From a virus (lineage: Duplodnaviria > Caudoviricetes): a stretch of 64,000 nucleotides of DNA. The stretch spans positions 1 to 64,000 of the IMG/VR virus record IMGVR_UViG_3300031953_000004, one strand, 5' to 3'. This document shows, in pieces, positions 26,656 to 37,800 of this stretch. Within the stretch, counting starts at the first letter, position 1, and each line of letters begins with the position of its first letter. A program made the position numbers and the translations under genes. A model generated the notes under the pieces. It was not told where the DNA came from and did not search any database. It was given only the letters and a program-made list of their open reading frames with translations.

Positions 26656-27267
26656 ATGATGTTCCAAACGATAAAACTAACGTTTTTTAAAATATACTGT
26701 AACCTGCTCATATCTTCCGAAAGTGATGGCGACCCCATGCATCGGTTAGAGAGTTTGGGAAGGGTGCTCATGTATATCTCCCCAATAGCTTTTATAATAG
26801 GTGTACTGGATTTGTGGTACCAGGACAACGAAGCTTTCACATTGTCTGCCGTGGGTTTCATTTTCGCGAATGCTATCATAGGCCTGATAGCCCATTTTGT
26901 AAGGAAGGATTTCAATTGGGAAACATTCCTGACCAAGACCATGAAGATGGTGCTTATTATCTCCGGGGTTTATTTCGTATTGGAACTGATCATTTCCCCC
27001 ATTGGTGATAACTCTATCACTGATGGATTCAGATCTACAATCCAGGTTTCAACCTTGCTTTGGCCAGGCGGTAAAATACTGAAGAACTTCTTTATATGGA
27101 GCGGTGGGGAGCACCCGCCTAAATGGGTCATGCAAAAACTTTACAATTTCCAGAAAAACGGTGATCTAAATGCTTTTCTCAACAAGTCCGATAAAGACGA
27201 GCATATGCATTATGAGAATGATACTGATGATGAATCACCCAGATACAATAAACACAACCGAAGATGA
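26656..27267 (+). CDS. Holin (toxin-secretion/phage holin type)
   Basis: 3-4 TM segments, directly before the endolysin, charged C-tail, Met-Met start. Confidence 0.75.
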   Translation: MMFQTIKLTFFKIYCNLLISSESDGDPMHRLESLGRVLMYISPIAFIIGVLDLWYQDNEAFTLSAVGFIFANAIIGLIAHFVRKDFNWETFLTKTMKMVLIISGVYFVLELIISPIGDNSITDGFRSTIQVSTLLWPGGKILKNFFIWSGGEHPPKWVMQKLYNFQKNGDLNAFLNKSDKDEHMHYENDTDDESPRYNKHNRR

Positions 27268-27878
27268 ACCAACTACAGCTATTTCAAGAGAAACATTGTT
27301 TAGTTCCTGACGGGATCATGGGAAAGAATACCATTTCAAAAATGAAGGAGGTATTTTTTATTTCCTCGGATGCTAAAATAGCGCACTTTGTTGGGCAGAT
27401 TGTTCATGAAACAGCCAATTTCAGGTACGAAAAAGAAAACCTGAATTATTCTGACAAAGGCTTACGAAAAACCTTTAACAGGTATTTCATAAACAATGCC
27501 GATCGTATCGCTTACGCCCACAACCCGGAGAAAATAGCTAATAGGGTCTATTCAAACAGGATGGGCAATGGAGATGAAGCAAGTGGCGATGGCTTCAGGT
27601 ATATTGGAAGAGGGGCAATTCAATTGACCGGAAAAAACAACTATGAGCAATTTGCAAATAAGATGCAAAATTTGCAAATACTTAACAATCCTGATCTGGT
27701 AATTGAAAAATACTATTTTGAATCGGCTTTGTTCTTCTTTGATGAAAACAACCTGTGGCATCTTTGTGAAGAGGTGAACAACCAGTCTATAATCAATCTC
27801 ACAAAACGCATTAATGGTGGCACCAATGGCCTTAAAGATAGAATGTACCTCACTAACAAATATTATGATATGCTATGA
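27264..27878 (+). CDS. GH19 endolysin with N-terminal PG-binding remnant
   Basis: AHFVGQIVHETANF, ENLNYS, ANRVYSNRMGNGDEASGDGFRYIGRGAIQLTGKNNY, TKRINGGTNGLKDR. Confidence 0.95.
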   Translation: MNQLQLFQEKHCLVPDGIMGKNTISKMKEVFFISSDAKIAHFVGQIVHETANFRYEKENLNYSDKGLRKTFNRYFINNADRIAYAHNPEKIANRVYSNRMGNGDEASGDGFRYIGRGAIQLTGKNNYEQFANKMQNLQILNNPDLVIEKYYFESALFFFDENNLWHLCEEVNNQSIINLTKRINGGTNGLKDRMYLTNKYYDML

Positions 27879-27967
27879 AACTCATATTTAAAATATTCAT
27901 TTTAATGGTCGCTGTGTCAGTATTGACAATTTGCATTATCGGATTAATTATAATACAAAACTTATGA
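27875..27967 (+). CDS. 30-aa single-TM micro-protein in the lysis cassette (not in ORF track)
   Basis: MKLIFKIFILMVAVSVLTICIIGLIIIQNL; ATGA overlaps with endolysin and spanin. Confidence 0.6.
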   Translation: MKLIFKIFILMVAVSVLTICIIGLIIIQNL

Positions 27968-28476
27968 AAAACGATCAGATTTTATGGATGTTACTATTGT
28001 TCCTGTTCCTTTCCGGATGCAAGTCCAAGCAAGTTACGGTCGATACCGAAAAAGAAAGTGAAATAAAGACTTCTGAGATTACCTCCGGACTGATACAAAC
28101 AGAATACCGGGACCGGCTTGTTTATGTTACCCGTCCCACCTCCGGAAGTACCGTGATAGAAAACCCCTGCAAGGATGGTATATTGGCCTCTATCGACACG
28201 CAAATCAAATCAGGTGGCAATACCTCCCGTATCTATTCAAAGGATGGGAAACTGTTCCTGGAGCAATTCATAGACAGCACCTCCAACAGTTTAGAGCAAC
28301 GATATTTGATGCAGTTCAAGAAGGACAGTGTAACACTTTACAATAAACTTTACCGAGAACTGAGCCATTCCAAGGAAGTAAAAGTATATGTTTATCCATG
28401 GGATTATTACGCATTTATGATTGGCTGCATTGTGTTTGTAGTATTATTTGTTCTAAGCAAGTTTAGAATTATTTAA
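27964..28476 (+). CDS. Unimolecular-spanin-like lipoprotein
   Basis: Lipobox LSGC and C-terminal TM helix; follows the endolysin. Confidence 0.75.
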   Translation: MKNDQILWMLLLFLFLSGCKSKQVTVDTEKESEIKTSEITSGLIQTEYRDRLVYVTRPTSGSTVIENPCKDGILASIDTQIKSGGNTSRIYSKDGKLFLEQFIDSTSNSLEQRYLMQFKKDSVTLYNKLYRELSHSKEVKVYVYPWDYYAFMIGCIVFVVLFVLSKFRII

Positions 28477-28486
28477 ATTTTAATGA

Positions 28487-28494
28487 TAACTTTG
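28487..28494 (+). promoter_or_regulatory. -7 promoter element TAACTTTG
   Basis: TAnnTTTG 17 nt before ATG 28512. Confidence 0.55.
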
Positions 28495-28511
28495 AAAAAC
28501 CCCCAGCTATC

Positions 28512-29498
28512 ATGGCAATATCGCATTTCATCATTACATCAATCCCTACAACAGTAATAGCTAAGGTAGGGGCTACGGTAGTACTTCTGAACACCAACTA
28601 TGCTATTGCCCTGGAATCGAGCCTTAGCTTTGAAAGGATCCCGTCACTTGATGGATATTATCTTTCAGAGTCCGTCAAGTACAAAACCTATGACCAGAGC
28701 CTTGCCAAGACCAGTAATGAAGCTTCCTTGAATTTAACGTGGAAAGAATATGACCTCGCCAATCTTCCCATCTCGGCAAATGTAACAGCGACCTGGATAA
28801 AAGGACAATCAGATGGTATGCTCAATATCTTGCCCGTCAACCAAGCGGTAGAGTTCGTGGAGATTGTTTCCATTGGAGGGGTTAACAACCTCAGCCTAAA
28901 CGGCCAGTCCGTATTGCAAGGCTATAGATTGTCACCAAAAGACCTATTGTCAGCTATATATACCACGTACCTCGAAGGAGGTGGGTTCCCATATCTGGTG
29001 CTACAATATCAGGTGGGGAAAGGTACAATGCTTGAACCTACGGTTTATTCCTTTACGATCAATGTAGCTTCCATTGCCACGCTTACAAAGACAGAAGATT
29101 ATTCGGTCATTGGTAGCATACTCAGTGAAACCAATGTTACTTATGACACTTTCAACCACACCGCGATATTCGAGATAGTTGAAGGGTACCAAGGTGGAAC
29201 GGCACAAATCAACGTGGATATAAACTGCCCCTTCCTGACTACCGCCAATCCTGAGGCGCAAGGAGTCGTGGTTATTTCTATCGATGGTATAGAAAGCAGT
29301 CATATCGTAAATGCCATTGTTCCTATAAGTGTTGGTTTAGATGAAAAAGGAAAAGGCTCTTTCTCAATACAGCACAGGATTATTAAAGATGAGGCGACGG
29401 AAACAGGAACCAGCACCGTTACTTTAATTGATATCAACGGAGATCTTGCGGCTGTTTCCGCAACAACATATACAGCTTCAATCGTTTCAAACGCTTAA
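28512..29498 (+). CDS. Beta-rich structural protein (cadherin-like repeats, tentative)
   Basis: ITSIP...V.LNTNYAI..ESSLSF and LSLNGQSV..GYRL...DLLSAIY patterns; lies before the muzzle gene. Confidence 0.5.
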   Translation: MAISHFIITSIPTTVIAKVGATVVLLNTNYAIALESSLSFERIPSLDGYYLSESVKYKTYDQSLAKTSNEASLNLTWKEYDLANLPISANVTATWIKGQSDGMLNILPVNQAVEFVEIVSIGGVNNLSLNGQSVLQGYRLSPKDLLSAIYTTYLEGGGFPYLVLQYQVGKGTMLEPTVYSFTINVASIATLTKTEDYSVIGSILSETNVTYDTFNHTAIFEIVEGYQGGTAQINVDINCPFLTTANPEAQGVVVISIDGIESSHIVNAIVPISVGLDEKGKGSFSIQHRIIKDEATETGTSTVTLIDINGDLAAVSATTYTASIVSNA

Positions 29499-29507
29499 TA
29501 ACTGAAA

Positions 29508-32500
29508 ATGGTAAATTTCACTACAGTAAACACATTCGAGGGAGGAAACTCAAAAGACTCTGTACAAAACATAGAGAAGAAGAACACCTACACAAAAGGT
29601 ATCAATGGAAGGCTGTACTCGAAAGACGGCGTTTTTTCATTTTCATCTATTGAAGGGAGCAAGCTTGTTTATGAGAATGCAAGTATCGTAAAGTACCTGG
29701 GGTTTCATTCTTTCAGCGATGAAACGCTGGTAATGGCCAAATGCTTGAAGCCGACAGGAAGCGGACAGGGAACGGAAACCCAGATCACGGAACAAACACT
29801 GTTCTCCGAAAGCTTCACGCTGCAAGCGGATGCCAATACGGGCATATTGATAATGAACACCACGGGCATAGCTGCAAACTCTTCAATCATTGAAAGCGTT
29901 TATACCGTGATCAATCCTGTATCGGATCCCACCGATTATGAGATCCCTTATTCCAGTGTAGAAGGATTGGTAAATGAGATAAATTTCGGAGAATACTACA
30001 AGGAACGTTTTAATGTTGCTGACTTCTCCATTTGCAATATCGACAATAACAATATCCCTCTGAACAACCTTGATTATTACGATACTATTATCAGTTTCAC
30101 GCTCGACAACAACGGCGTGCTCAAAGGGGAACGTATTTGGACAGGCGCACAGAACTGGCCTATGGAAGGTAAGATTACCACCGAGGGCGTGGAGGAAAAT
30201 GAATTCTACAAACGTGTTTATTATACCGATGCCGTGAACCCCAGAAGGGTATTCAACAGGAAAGATACCTCCCTGTCGAAAAGGAGCGCCTCTGAATTCA
30301 ACCAGGTCCTTGACAACGTCTTGTTGCAAGCTGAGGTTAAGCAAATACTTGACGGAGGATTGCTAAAGGCGATGAAGTCCTTGTACTTGTACAGGATCAT
30401 TTCCGAAAACGGACAGGTATCAGGGTTCTCCCCTTTTTCTGAATTCGCTACCCTTTTAGTGGAAGATGCACCAATCCTTTTCAGGGGTGGAGCTGTCAGC
30501 GAGATCACGGGGAAGATGGTGAAGGTACAGTGCAATATATTAGATCCTGAGCCTTCCTCACAAATAGAGTGCATCGCTCTTGAATTTGAAGCCCTGGGTA
30601 TTCCTACGGCAATCAGGAACCTAGGAATAAAACCATCGAGGGCAATTGTCGATTTTAATCATTACGGTAACGAAGCCGAGATGATCGACGATATTACCCT
30701 GAACGATATTTTGGAGTTCAAGAACACCTGGACCTACTGCAACGACTTCACTTCTAAAAAGAACAAGCTGATTGCTGCAGGTCTAAGGAACGCTCCTATT
30801 CCTGCTGCCATAGAAAACCTCGACTACCTGTTTCCTTTACATTCTTGGAACGCTATAGGGCAAACCCATGAAACACTTATAAATCCTGAGCCTTGGAATT
30901 ATCGGTACATAGACCCTACCAGTACCGCCAAGCTCAGTTATGTACGGAACAAGAAATATACGCAGATAGCTTCCTTCGGTCCGCTGACCATTAGTCTTAA
31001 AAATAAACTTGTAGGTTTATCTTTGGACTTCACTATCTCGGACATTGCTCTTGAAAGCTATACCAGCATCCTTCCGGAAGTAACGGCGTGGATCCTGGAT
31101 CAACAAATAAACAATCCTGATTTTCCTGATTATTTCCCGAATTTACTTATCAGCGATAGCGACGGTCAGTTATTATTTTCCCCTATAGATACGCTTGTTC
31201 AAAGTGACTTCTCGTATTACGTTTTTGAATCGAACAATGAGCAATATATCGAGAACATAAAAACAGACCTTGTATTCCTTAGTCCTGATATCGATATTTC
31301 CAAACTTGTGTACGGTGCTGAATCTATAGGGTTCCACCAGGGTAATGGAATCCGGATCACCTTCAGGGAACAGAAGGAAGCTTTACTTAACCAAGCAACC
31401 GAGCCTTATGTAGGTGCTGGGAAGCTATTGGATTTTGTGGCCCCGAGCTTTGAGAAATACGTGATGAAGGATGAAATTTACAGATTGGCTTTTCAGGCAT
31501 ACGACCACAAAAGCCACCGTTATTTCTCCGTTCCCATTGGGGATATAAAGGTTCCCGGATTGGGGGATCTCAGGAAAGAGATCGACGATGAGGGCAATCT
31601 TATACTTTCCAACGAGAATTTTAAACACCAGAACGTTGAGAACGGAACCCTGTACGGGTACGGAATAAAAATGCACGTAGAGGTGCGTTTAAGCTGTGAA
31701 CTACAAAAGCTGATATCAATGTACCAGTTGCTGTACGTGGAGCGCACAGAAGAGAACAGAACCATCCTGTGCCAAGGTATCGCAGCACCGTTGCAGCGGG
31801 TACAGGCAGATGATAATGATGATAACAGGATGCCCGTTGCCCTTCAGGACAAGTGGACGTTGCCTTATTACGGAGGCCCTGTCTATGAAAAACTTGGACT
31901 GGCGCAATATGATGCGAATGGGGATGATTATGTTTACACACCGGCAGACGAGGCAAATGTGGATCCGACAAAAAGGGTAATCACCAGCAGGAAGCTTTGC
32001 ACCTTTGATTCTCCCGACCTGTATTTCGGAAAGATATCAGATCAGTATGTGTCCAGCTCACAGGTAAAGGTTCTGGCGAAATTAAATACCGATCATACCC
32101 CGGGCGTTATTATGAACTATGCCCATGCGATAAATGGGGTCGATACGGGAAGATGGACTTGGACGGAAGTTACCAAAGAGAAATACCCTAAATTTTCAAG
32201 GAAAATATCTTGGGAACAAATTGAGGGTAACATAAATTCGGAAATGCTACCACGGGATGCCAATGAAGACAAGGAAAATGGGAAAAGCAGGGAGTTTTAT
32301 TTCCTTAATGTTTCCGTATTCTCCAAATCACAACCGCTGTACAAGTCTTTGACCGAAGCTCAAAGAACTATCGACATCGCTAAGGCCAAAGGAATGAATA
32401 GGGGAGAGTTGATCTCAGGAGCAGCTTTTGACCTACAACACGATGTATCGAATAATGCGATCGCATTTGCATCAATGCCATGGTACTTCAGCTCCTTTGC

Positions 32501-34175
32501 CCGTAAATGGGAATATAAACAAACCAGGGCTAAGGTGGCCCTCTTTAGTTCCGCAAGGACTTCTCCCGGTTACAGTACGGTAATCCTGAAAACCGAAACA
32601 GACCTGTTCACTCCCGCAATCGTAGGTCCTGATATCCATACCATAGATGCTGAGGTACGTCTTGGAGGCTCCGGGCATATTGTTTATGACAGTTATCCCC
32701 TTGTCAATATCTACAGGGATAATAAGGAATCTGTATATGGTGGAAGAAGCAAACAAGCCTACAGCCACAATGTATATATCCCAATGAGCAAGACCATTCC
32801 TGTAGCAAAAAACAATGGAGTACAGTCCTTTGACGTTGGTGCCGATACCTACATCACTTTGAATCTCCGCACGAAGAACGATGCCGGGGATGATGAGTTG
32901 AGGTACAGGGTGAACCTAAACAACGGAGGGAACGGTCGTGATGGTGGAGATTTAGAATTCTGGGAACGCAACGGTGCATGGAGTTATGCCGTGGTATTGG
33001 AATCACAGGTAGAGCCTAAGCTTACTTCTGGACACGAATTCTTTCGTGAAACTGCTAAGCACAATTTTGAAACACTGCGGACGGAAGATATCAATGAAGC
33101 CTATTTTAATGAAGCGAACCTAAAGGAATTTATACCTAAACCTTTCCAGTTTAAAGATGATCCCGATCTTGGAAATGTTATTGCTGTTTCTGATGTAAAG
33201 CTTTCAGGGGAATTGTATGACAGCTGGACGATGTTCAAGCCCAACAATTTCTATGCGGAACTTGAAAAGAACAAGGGCGATGTATCGAACATCCTTCGGT
33301 GGAAAGACCAGGTGTTCGCTATTCAAAGTAATCAAACCTCTCTTATCCATATCGGTACCGACAGGATCGTTCAGGACTCAAAGGGAAATCCCATAAATAT
33401 CAAACAGGGATCCGGACAGGTCGTGGAAGGACATCAGGTACTCAGTTCTTATGGAACAGCGATACGAAGGGCCGTTGCTTTGAGCGACTTTGGCTTTACC
33501 TTCTTTGACGAAAAGCACATAGAACTCGTGAAAGTGGACAAGCCGATGCTTGTAAAGAACCTCTTGCACGTTGATTACTGGAACCGGTTAAAGAACGATA
33601 GGATCATTGATTGTGAAGGCTTCTATGACCACGCAAACAAAGAGAGCAATGTTCGGGTGCGGACTTCCTCCGGGGCAAGCTTCGTGATCTCCTACAATGA
33701 ACTCTTCGAGGTTATCAATGGGGAGTATGAATACAACAATGACCTGTACATAGATTTTGACAACAAGCTATATGCTCCGGTAAGTAATCAGCTGCACCAG
33801 TTGAATGAAGGATATCCACTTGACTTGTTCGGGGCAAAGAAACTCATCAAAGTGCAGACTACCGTTAACGGTGAGATCAATCAAGTGTTCCTGTACAGGC
33901 AGATGCAGATTGTCACCAATCTAAAGTACCCTATAAAAAGTGCGAAGTTCCTTACCAGTCTTGAACAGGAGCGCACAATCAACGGTAACCATAGGTGGTA
34001 CAAGATCAGGGAAGGGAACCACACGCTTCCTCCCAAGAACGATATCTATACAAAAGCGGAAATGGCCGACCTTCGTGGAAACTGGATGTCAATAGAAATT
34101 ACCGCAGAGAGCCTCAATAAAAATAAAGTAGATATATTAGCAGTAATTAACAGTTTGAGAAACAGTCACCAATAA
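29508..34175 (+). CDS. Tail stabilisation / muzzle protein
   Basis: 1555 aa; NTFEGGNSKD start, E..FYKRVY.TD..NP.RVFN, C-terminal K.REG motif and DLRGNW; crAss synteny. Confidence 0.85.
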   Translation: MVNFTTVNTFEGGNSKDSVQNIEKKNTYTKGINGRLYSKDGVFSFSSIEGSKLVYENASIVKYLGFHSFSDETLVMAKCLKPTGSGQGTETQITEQTLFSESFTLQADANTGILIMNTTGIAANSSIIESVYTVINPVSDPTDYEIPYSSVEGLVNEINFGEYYKERFNVADFSICNIDNNNIPLNNLDYYDTIISFTLDNNGVLKGERIWTGAQNWPMEGKITTEGVEENEFYKRVYYTDAVNPRRVFNRKDTSLSKRSASEFNQVLDNVLLQAEVKQILDGGLLKAMKSLYLYRIISENGQVSGFSPFSEFATLLVEDAPILFRGGAVSEITGKMVKVQCNILDPEPSSQIECIALEFEALGIPTAIRNLGIKPSRAIVDFNHYGNEAEMIDDITLNDILEFKNTWTYCNDFTSKKNKLIAAGLRNAPIPAAIENLDYLFPLHSWNAIGQTHETLINPEPWNYRYIDPTSTAKLSYVRNKKYTQIASFGPLTISLKNKLVGLSLDFTISDIALESYTSILPEVTAWILDQQINNPDFPDYFPNLLISDSDGQLLFSPIDTLVQSDFSYYVFESNNEQYIENIKTDLVFLSPDIDISKLVYGAESIGFHQGNGIRITFREQKEALLNQATEPYVGAGKLLDFVAPSFEKYVMKDEIYRLAFQAYDHKSHRYFSVPIGDIKVPGLGDLRKEIDDEGNLILSNENFKHQNVENGTLYGYGIKMHVEVRLSCELQKLISMYQLLYVERTEENRTILCQGIAAPLQRVQADDNDDNRMPVALQDKWTLPYYGGPVYEKLGLAQYDANGDDYVYTPADEANVDPTKRVITSRKLCTFDSPDLYFGKISDQYVSSSQVKVLAKLNTDHTPGVIMNYAHAINGVDTGRWTWTEVTKEKYPKFSRKISWEQIEGNINSEMLPRDANEDKENGKSREFYFLNVSVFSKSQPLYKSLTEAQRTIDIAKAKGMNRGELISGAAFDLQHDVSNNAIAFASMPWYFSSFARKWEYKQTRAKVALFSSARTSPGYSTVILKTETDLFTPAIVGPDIHTIDAEVRLGGSGHIVYDSYPLVNIYRDNKESVYGGRSKQAYSHNVYIPMSKTIPVAKNNGVQSFDVGADTYITLNLRTKNDAGDDELRYRVNLNNGGNGRDGGDLEFWERNGAWSYAVVLESQVEPKLTSGHEFFRETAKHNFETLRTEDINEAYFNEANLKEFIPKPFQFKDDPDLGNVIAVSDVKLSGELYDSWTMFKPNNFYAELEKNKGDVSNILRWKDQVFAIQSNQTSLIHIGTDRIVQDSKGNPINIKQGSGQVVEGHQVLSSYGTAIRRAVALSDFGFTFFDEKHIELVKVDKPMLVKNLLHVDYWNRLKNDRIIDCEGFYDHANKESNVRVRTSSGASFVISYNELFEVINGEYEYNNDLYIDFDNKLYAPVSNQLHQLNEGYPLDLFGAKKLIKVQTTVNGEINQVFLYRQMQIVTNLKYPIKSAKFLTSLEQERTINGNHRWYKIREGNHTLPPKNDIYTKAEMADLRGNWMSIEITAESLNKNKVDILAVINSLRNSHQ

Positions 34176-34186
34176 TATTATAAGCT

Positions 34187-34819
34187 ATGCCAGATCATGC
34201 CACAAACAGTTTTTTGAAGAAATACGGAAGTAAATTCGGGGAGATCGATTACGATACTTCCGGGGTAAAAACCTCATTAGGAAAGAACCCACAAATGGGT
34301 GCCGACGGTGTTGGTGCCGCATCGGACAAAGGCCTTATGGGTGCCGGGAAGAAGAACTCCTGGCAGATGGGCGATAAAGGTGTCACCAAGGATGGTGTGA
34401 AAGTATCTGGTGGTGGAATGGATGCTGGTGCTGTAGCCGGTGGTGCTATGGATGCCGCTCCGGCAGTGATGGGTCTTATAGATAATATCGGGGGAGGACA
34501 ATTCGACACCTCTGCTGAAGGTGGTGGTGTTGGAAATGGAAAGGCCGCTATCCTTGAAGGAGCAGGACAAGGGGCACAGGCAGGAAAAGCTTTTGGTCCC
34601 TGGGGAATGGTTATAGGAGCAGCTGTTGGTGGAGGGATATCTACCGTTGCCCATTCCGCAGCACAAAAAGAATACCACGGCAACAGACAGAAATTTAATG
34701 TTAAGGGAGATGCTCTTGAACGCAATACACGTGAGGATGAATACCGACAATCGGAAGGACTGGCCGCTATGGATTCGATGCAGAACCTTCGTAAGAAACA
34801 ATTAGGAATAATCTCGTAA
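34187..34819 (+). CDS. Gly-rich ejection/cargo protein with glycine-zipper TM
   Basis: GAGQGAQAGKAFGPWGMVIGAAVGGGISTV; directly after the muzzle gene. Confidence 0.65.
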   Translation: MPDHATNSFLKKYGSKFGEIDYDTSGVKTSLGKNPQMGADGVGAASDKGLMGAGKKNSWQMGDKGVTKDGVKVSGGGMDAGAVAGGAMDAAPAVMGLIDNIGGGQFDTSAEGGGVGNGKAAILEGAGQGAQAGKAFGPWGMVIGAAVGGGISTVAHSAAQKEYHGNRQKFNVKGDALERNTREDEYRQSEGLAAMDSMQNLRKKQLGIIS

Positions 34820-34821
34820 TT

Positions 34822-37800
34822 ATGGCAAACAAGAAACCAGGACCAGGAAAGGATCTCACCAGAGCAGAATGGAAGAAGCGCTATGGTTCCGATACTCAAT
34901 ACTACACCCATCTTCTTAATAGAGTTGATCTTACTACTGGAAAAACTATCAGGAGCCTGATAGAAGCATCTGCTAAGAAGCACAACTTAGATCCTGCTTT
35001 CCTGGCTTCCGGTTTATTTACGGAAGGATTAGATCGCTATAACGTACTTGCAGATAAATACGGCTCTACTAAAGATGATTATTATGAATATCCTATATCT
35101 GGGATGAAGCATCTTGGTCTTGATACTGTTGGTAATATAAAGAATGATTTATTCCGTAAAGGCTATGTAGATCCTAAAGAATATAAGGAAAATGTTCGTG
35201 AGTGGAAAACAGAGAATGAGAAGGATAATGTAATATCAGGTGACTTTAAAAGGCTTGATATCGCTATTGATTATGTAGCTGCTTTTCAAAGAAATGAGAA
35301 TGACAATATAGATAAGTACCTAAAGGAAAATGATATTGAGTTAACGCCTATCCAAAAAACTTTTTTCCAGAATGTAGCTTACAATTTTGGTCCTGGTGGC
35401 GTTCAGCAAATGATTAAAAGTTATAACGATAAAGGATTTTTAAAAGACAATAAATTTATATATGAAAAGCCTAATGAGTTTTTTAAAGAACCTTATACTA
35501 ATGCTTATAAAAGAACTACTGCTGGTATTGGCTTAAAAGAACAAGCCGGGTTTTCTGAAAATGAAGTTGTAGGGAATCCATATAGTTCTACAAAAAACGC
35601 GGAAGTCGTGAGTTCTATAGAAGCTCAGGGTCTTCAGGGAATAGAAGCTGTAAAAGCAGTTGATAAGCATAGGGAATCTGTGCTAGCAGCTAATAAACTT
35701 GATCCTGAAGGATTGGTGCCCAGAGAAGCAGACAAGCTAACTGCTGCAGGGATAGAACGCGCCCCAAAGGTGAAACAAAAGCCAATGGAGTTTACCCCTA
35801 CGGGATTAGTTTCCACAAAGGCGACACCTGTAGTAGCTACCAATACAAATATTCCCTTAAAAGAAGTATCACGTACTAAAACAAAATCAGCTTCCACACT
35901 AAAATCAACAGGCGTTATGGCAAAAAAAACAAAACCCACTCCAAGTGAACTGGCCTTGAAAGAGCAGTTCGTAACCAATATGCAGAAGGCACTTGGACAG
36001 CACGAATCGAATAATCAGTACGATGCTCAAAACCCTACCAGCACCGCTGCAGGGAAATACCAGTTTACTGAAATGTGGTTAAGCAAGGATGGGAAGGCCG
36101 CAGAGAAGAGTATACAGGCCTTTGCAGAAAGGAATGGGATGCCCATCCCTCAAAGCTTGGATGAATTCAAGACGATGCCCGGACTGCAGGATTCTTATTT
36201 TAAGTATTATGCTAAGGAGGTATTATATCCAAAAGCGATGGAAGCCGTTTCTTCATTGAACCCTAAAGGTATTACAATGGAACAGGCTGGGGCACTGGTT
36301 CATCTTAGGGGAGAAGCAAAAGCTATTAAAGAAATCTCCACAGGAAACTTTAGTAAAGCTACTGAAGTAGGTGTGGATGGAGCTAAGCATAAGAATCCGA
36401 GTTCTATTTCTTATATGAACAGTATCGCTACCAAGGTAGGTCAACCCATTACCCCGGAGCAGCTTACGGCGGTGCAGATAGATGCAATGCCACAGGCAGA
36501 AAAGGACAAGATATCCAAGGACTATTTTACTGCTAAAGATAGGATCATCAACTATGAGGACTTGGACGATGTGGATAAGAACCGACAAATAGCACAGCTC
36601 AATTCGGAGTATAAGTCCAAGGGCTATCTTCCTATTGTGAATGACCATATCACAAAACGAAATGAAGGCAACGCTGTCAAGGCCAAAGCCCAAGATGATA
36701 AAATCAAGGCTGGTGTGGCGGAATACCAAAAATGGGGAGAGAAATCAAGGGTAGGTCATATTGGGAAAGGACTATCCAGTACAGGATCTATCACCCTTGG
36801 TGGTCCTGCAGAAGCAAAAGAATTCAAAGCCTGGGCAAAAGCCAATGGAGTCAAAGTTTCAGGTGGAACGAATTTTATTTACAATTTTAATCCACAGGAA
36901 TTTGGAAAGGCCGGAATAAAAGCGGTTACAGGAAAGGACAGTTTTAGTCCTGAACAATTAAAAATCATAGAAGGAAAGGCCGGAGATCAAGATGGGGCGG
37001 TCATAAGCAATACCGCTTCAAAAGACTTCTTCTCCGAGAACAATTTCAGGAAGATAGCCGGTTGGTTCACAGGAGAAAAGGCAGGCGTTTCAGGGCCTAT
37101 GGGATTGGTTCCCGAAGCAGTAGCCTACACGCAGAACCTCAACAGCTATACTGAAATAGATACACTTGACGGAGAGCAGATCGCTGATCTTCCCACAGAA
37201 GAGAAAGCACCCCTTAAAGAAGAACCTGTCAAGGCTACCACCAAGACAACTGATACCGATGGGACTGATGCAGCGAAAACTTCCGGACTCGCTAAAGAAG
37301 GAGAATCCCTGTTAGACCAATGGGGGAAAAACGTAAGGGAAGACCTTGCAAGGAAGAAGGCCGAGGGGGAAGGAAAGTCTTACAACAAAGAGGACTTTAA
37401 GAAAGAGATCCCTTTTGATGCGATCACGGGAATGGCCCTTGGACTTAACGGTCTTGAACAGGCGAGAGATACCAAGATACCTAAACGCACCGAAGAGGTA
37501 ACGGAGGCCTACCGGAACTTTGCCGCACAACTCGCCAAGAAATCCAAAGAGGGATTGCCCCCGTCGGTAGAAGCCGCTATGAAGGCGCAACTTGCCGAGG
37601 GATTACAAGGAGGACTTGCTAACATCGTAAACGCTTCCGGTGGAAACAGGGCATTGGTACTTGGAAACCTCGGTGGATTGGAGAAATCAAAAGCACAGGG
37701 GATCGTAGATATGCAGCTTGCCGATTACGAAGCGAAGGAGCAAGCTTTCAAACAATACGGAGAAGCCCTTAAATACCAAAACGATTTTAAGGCACGTAAG

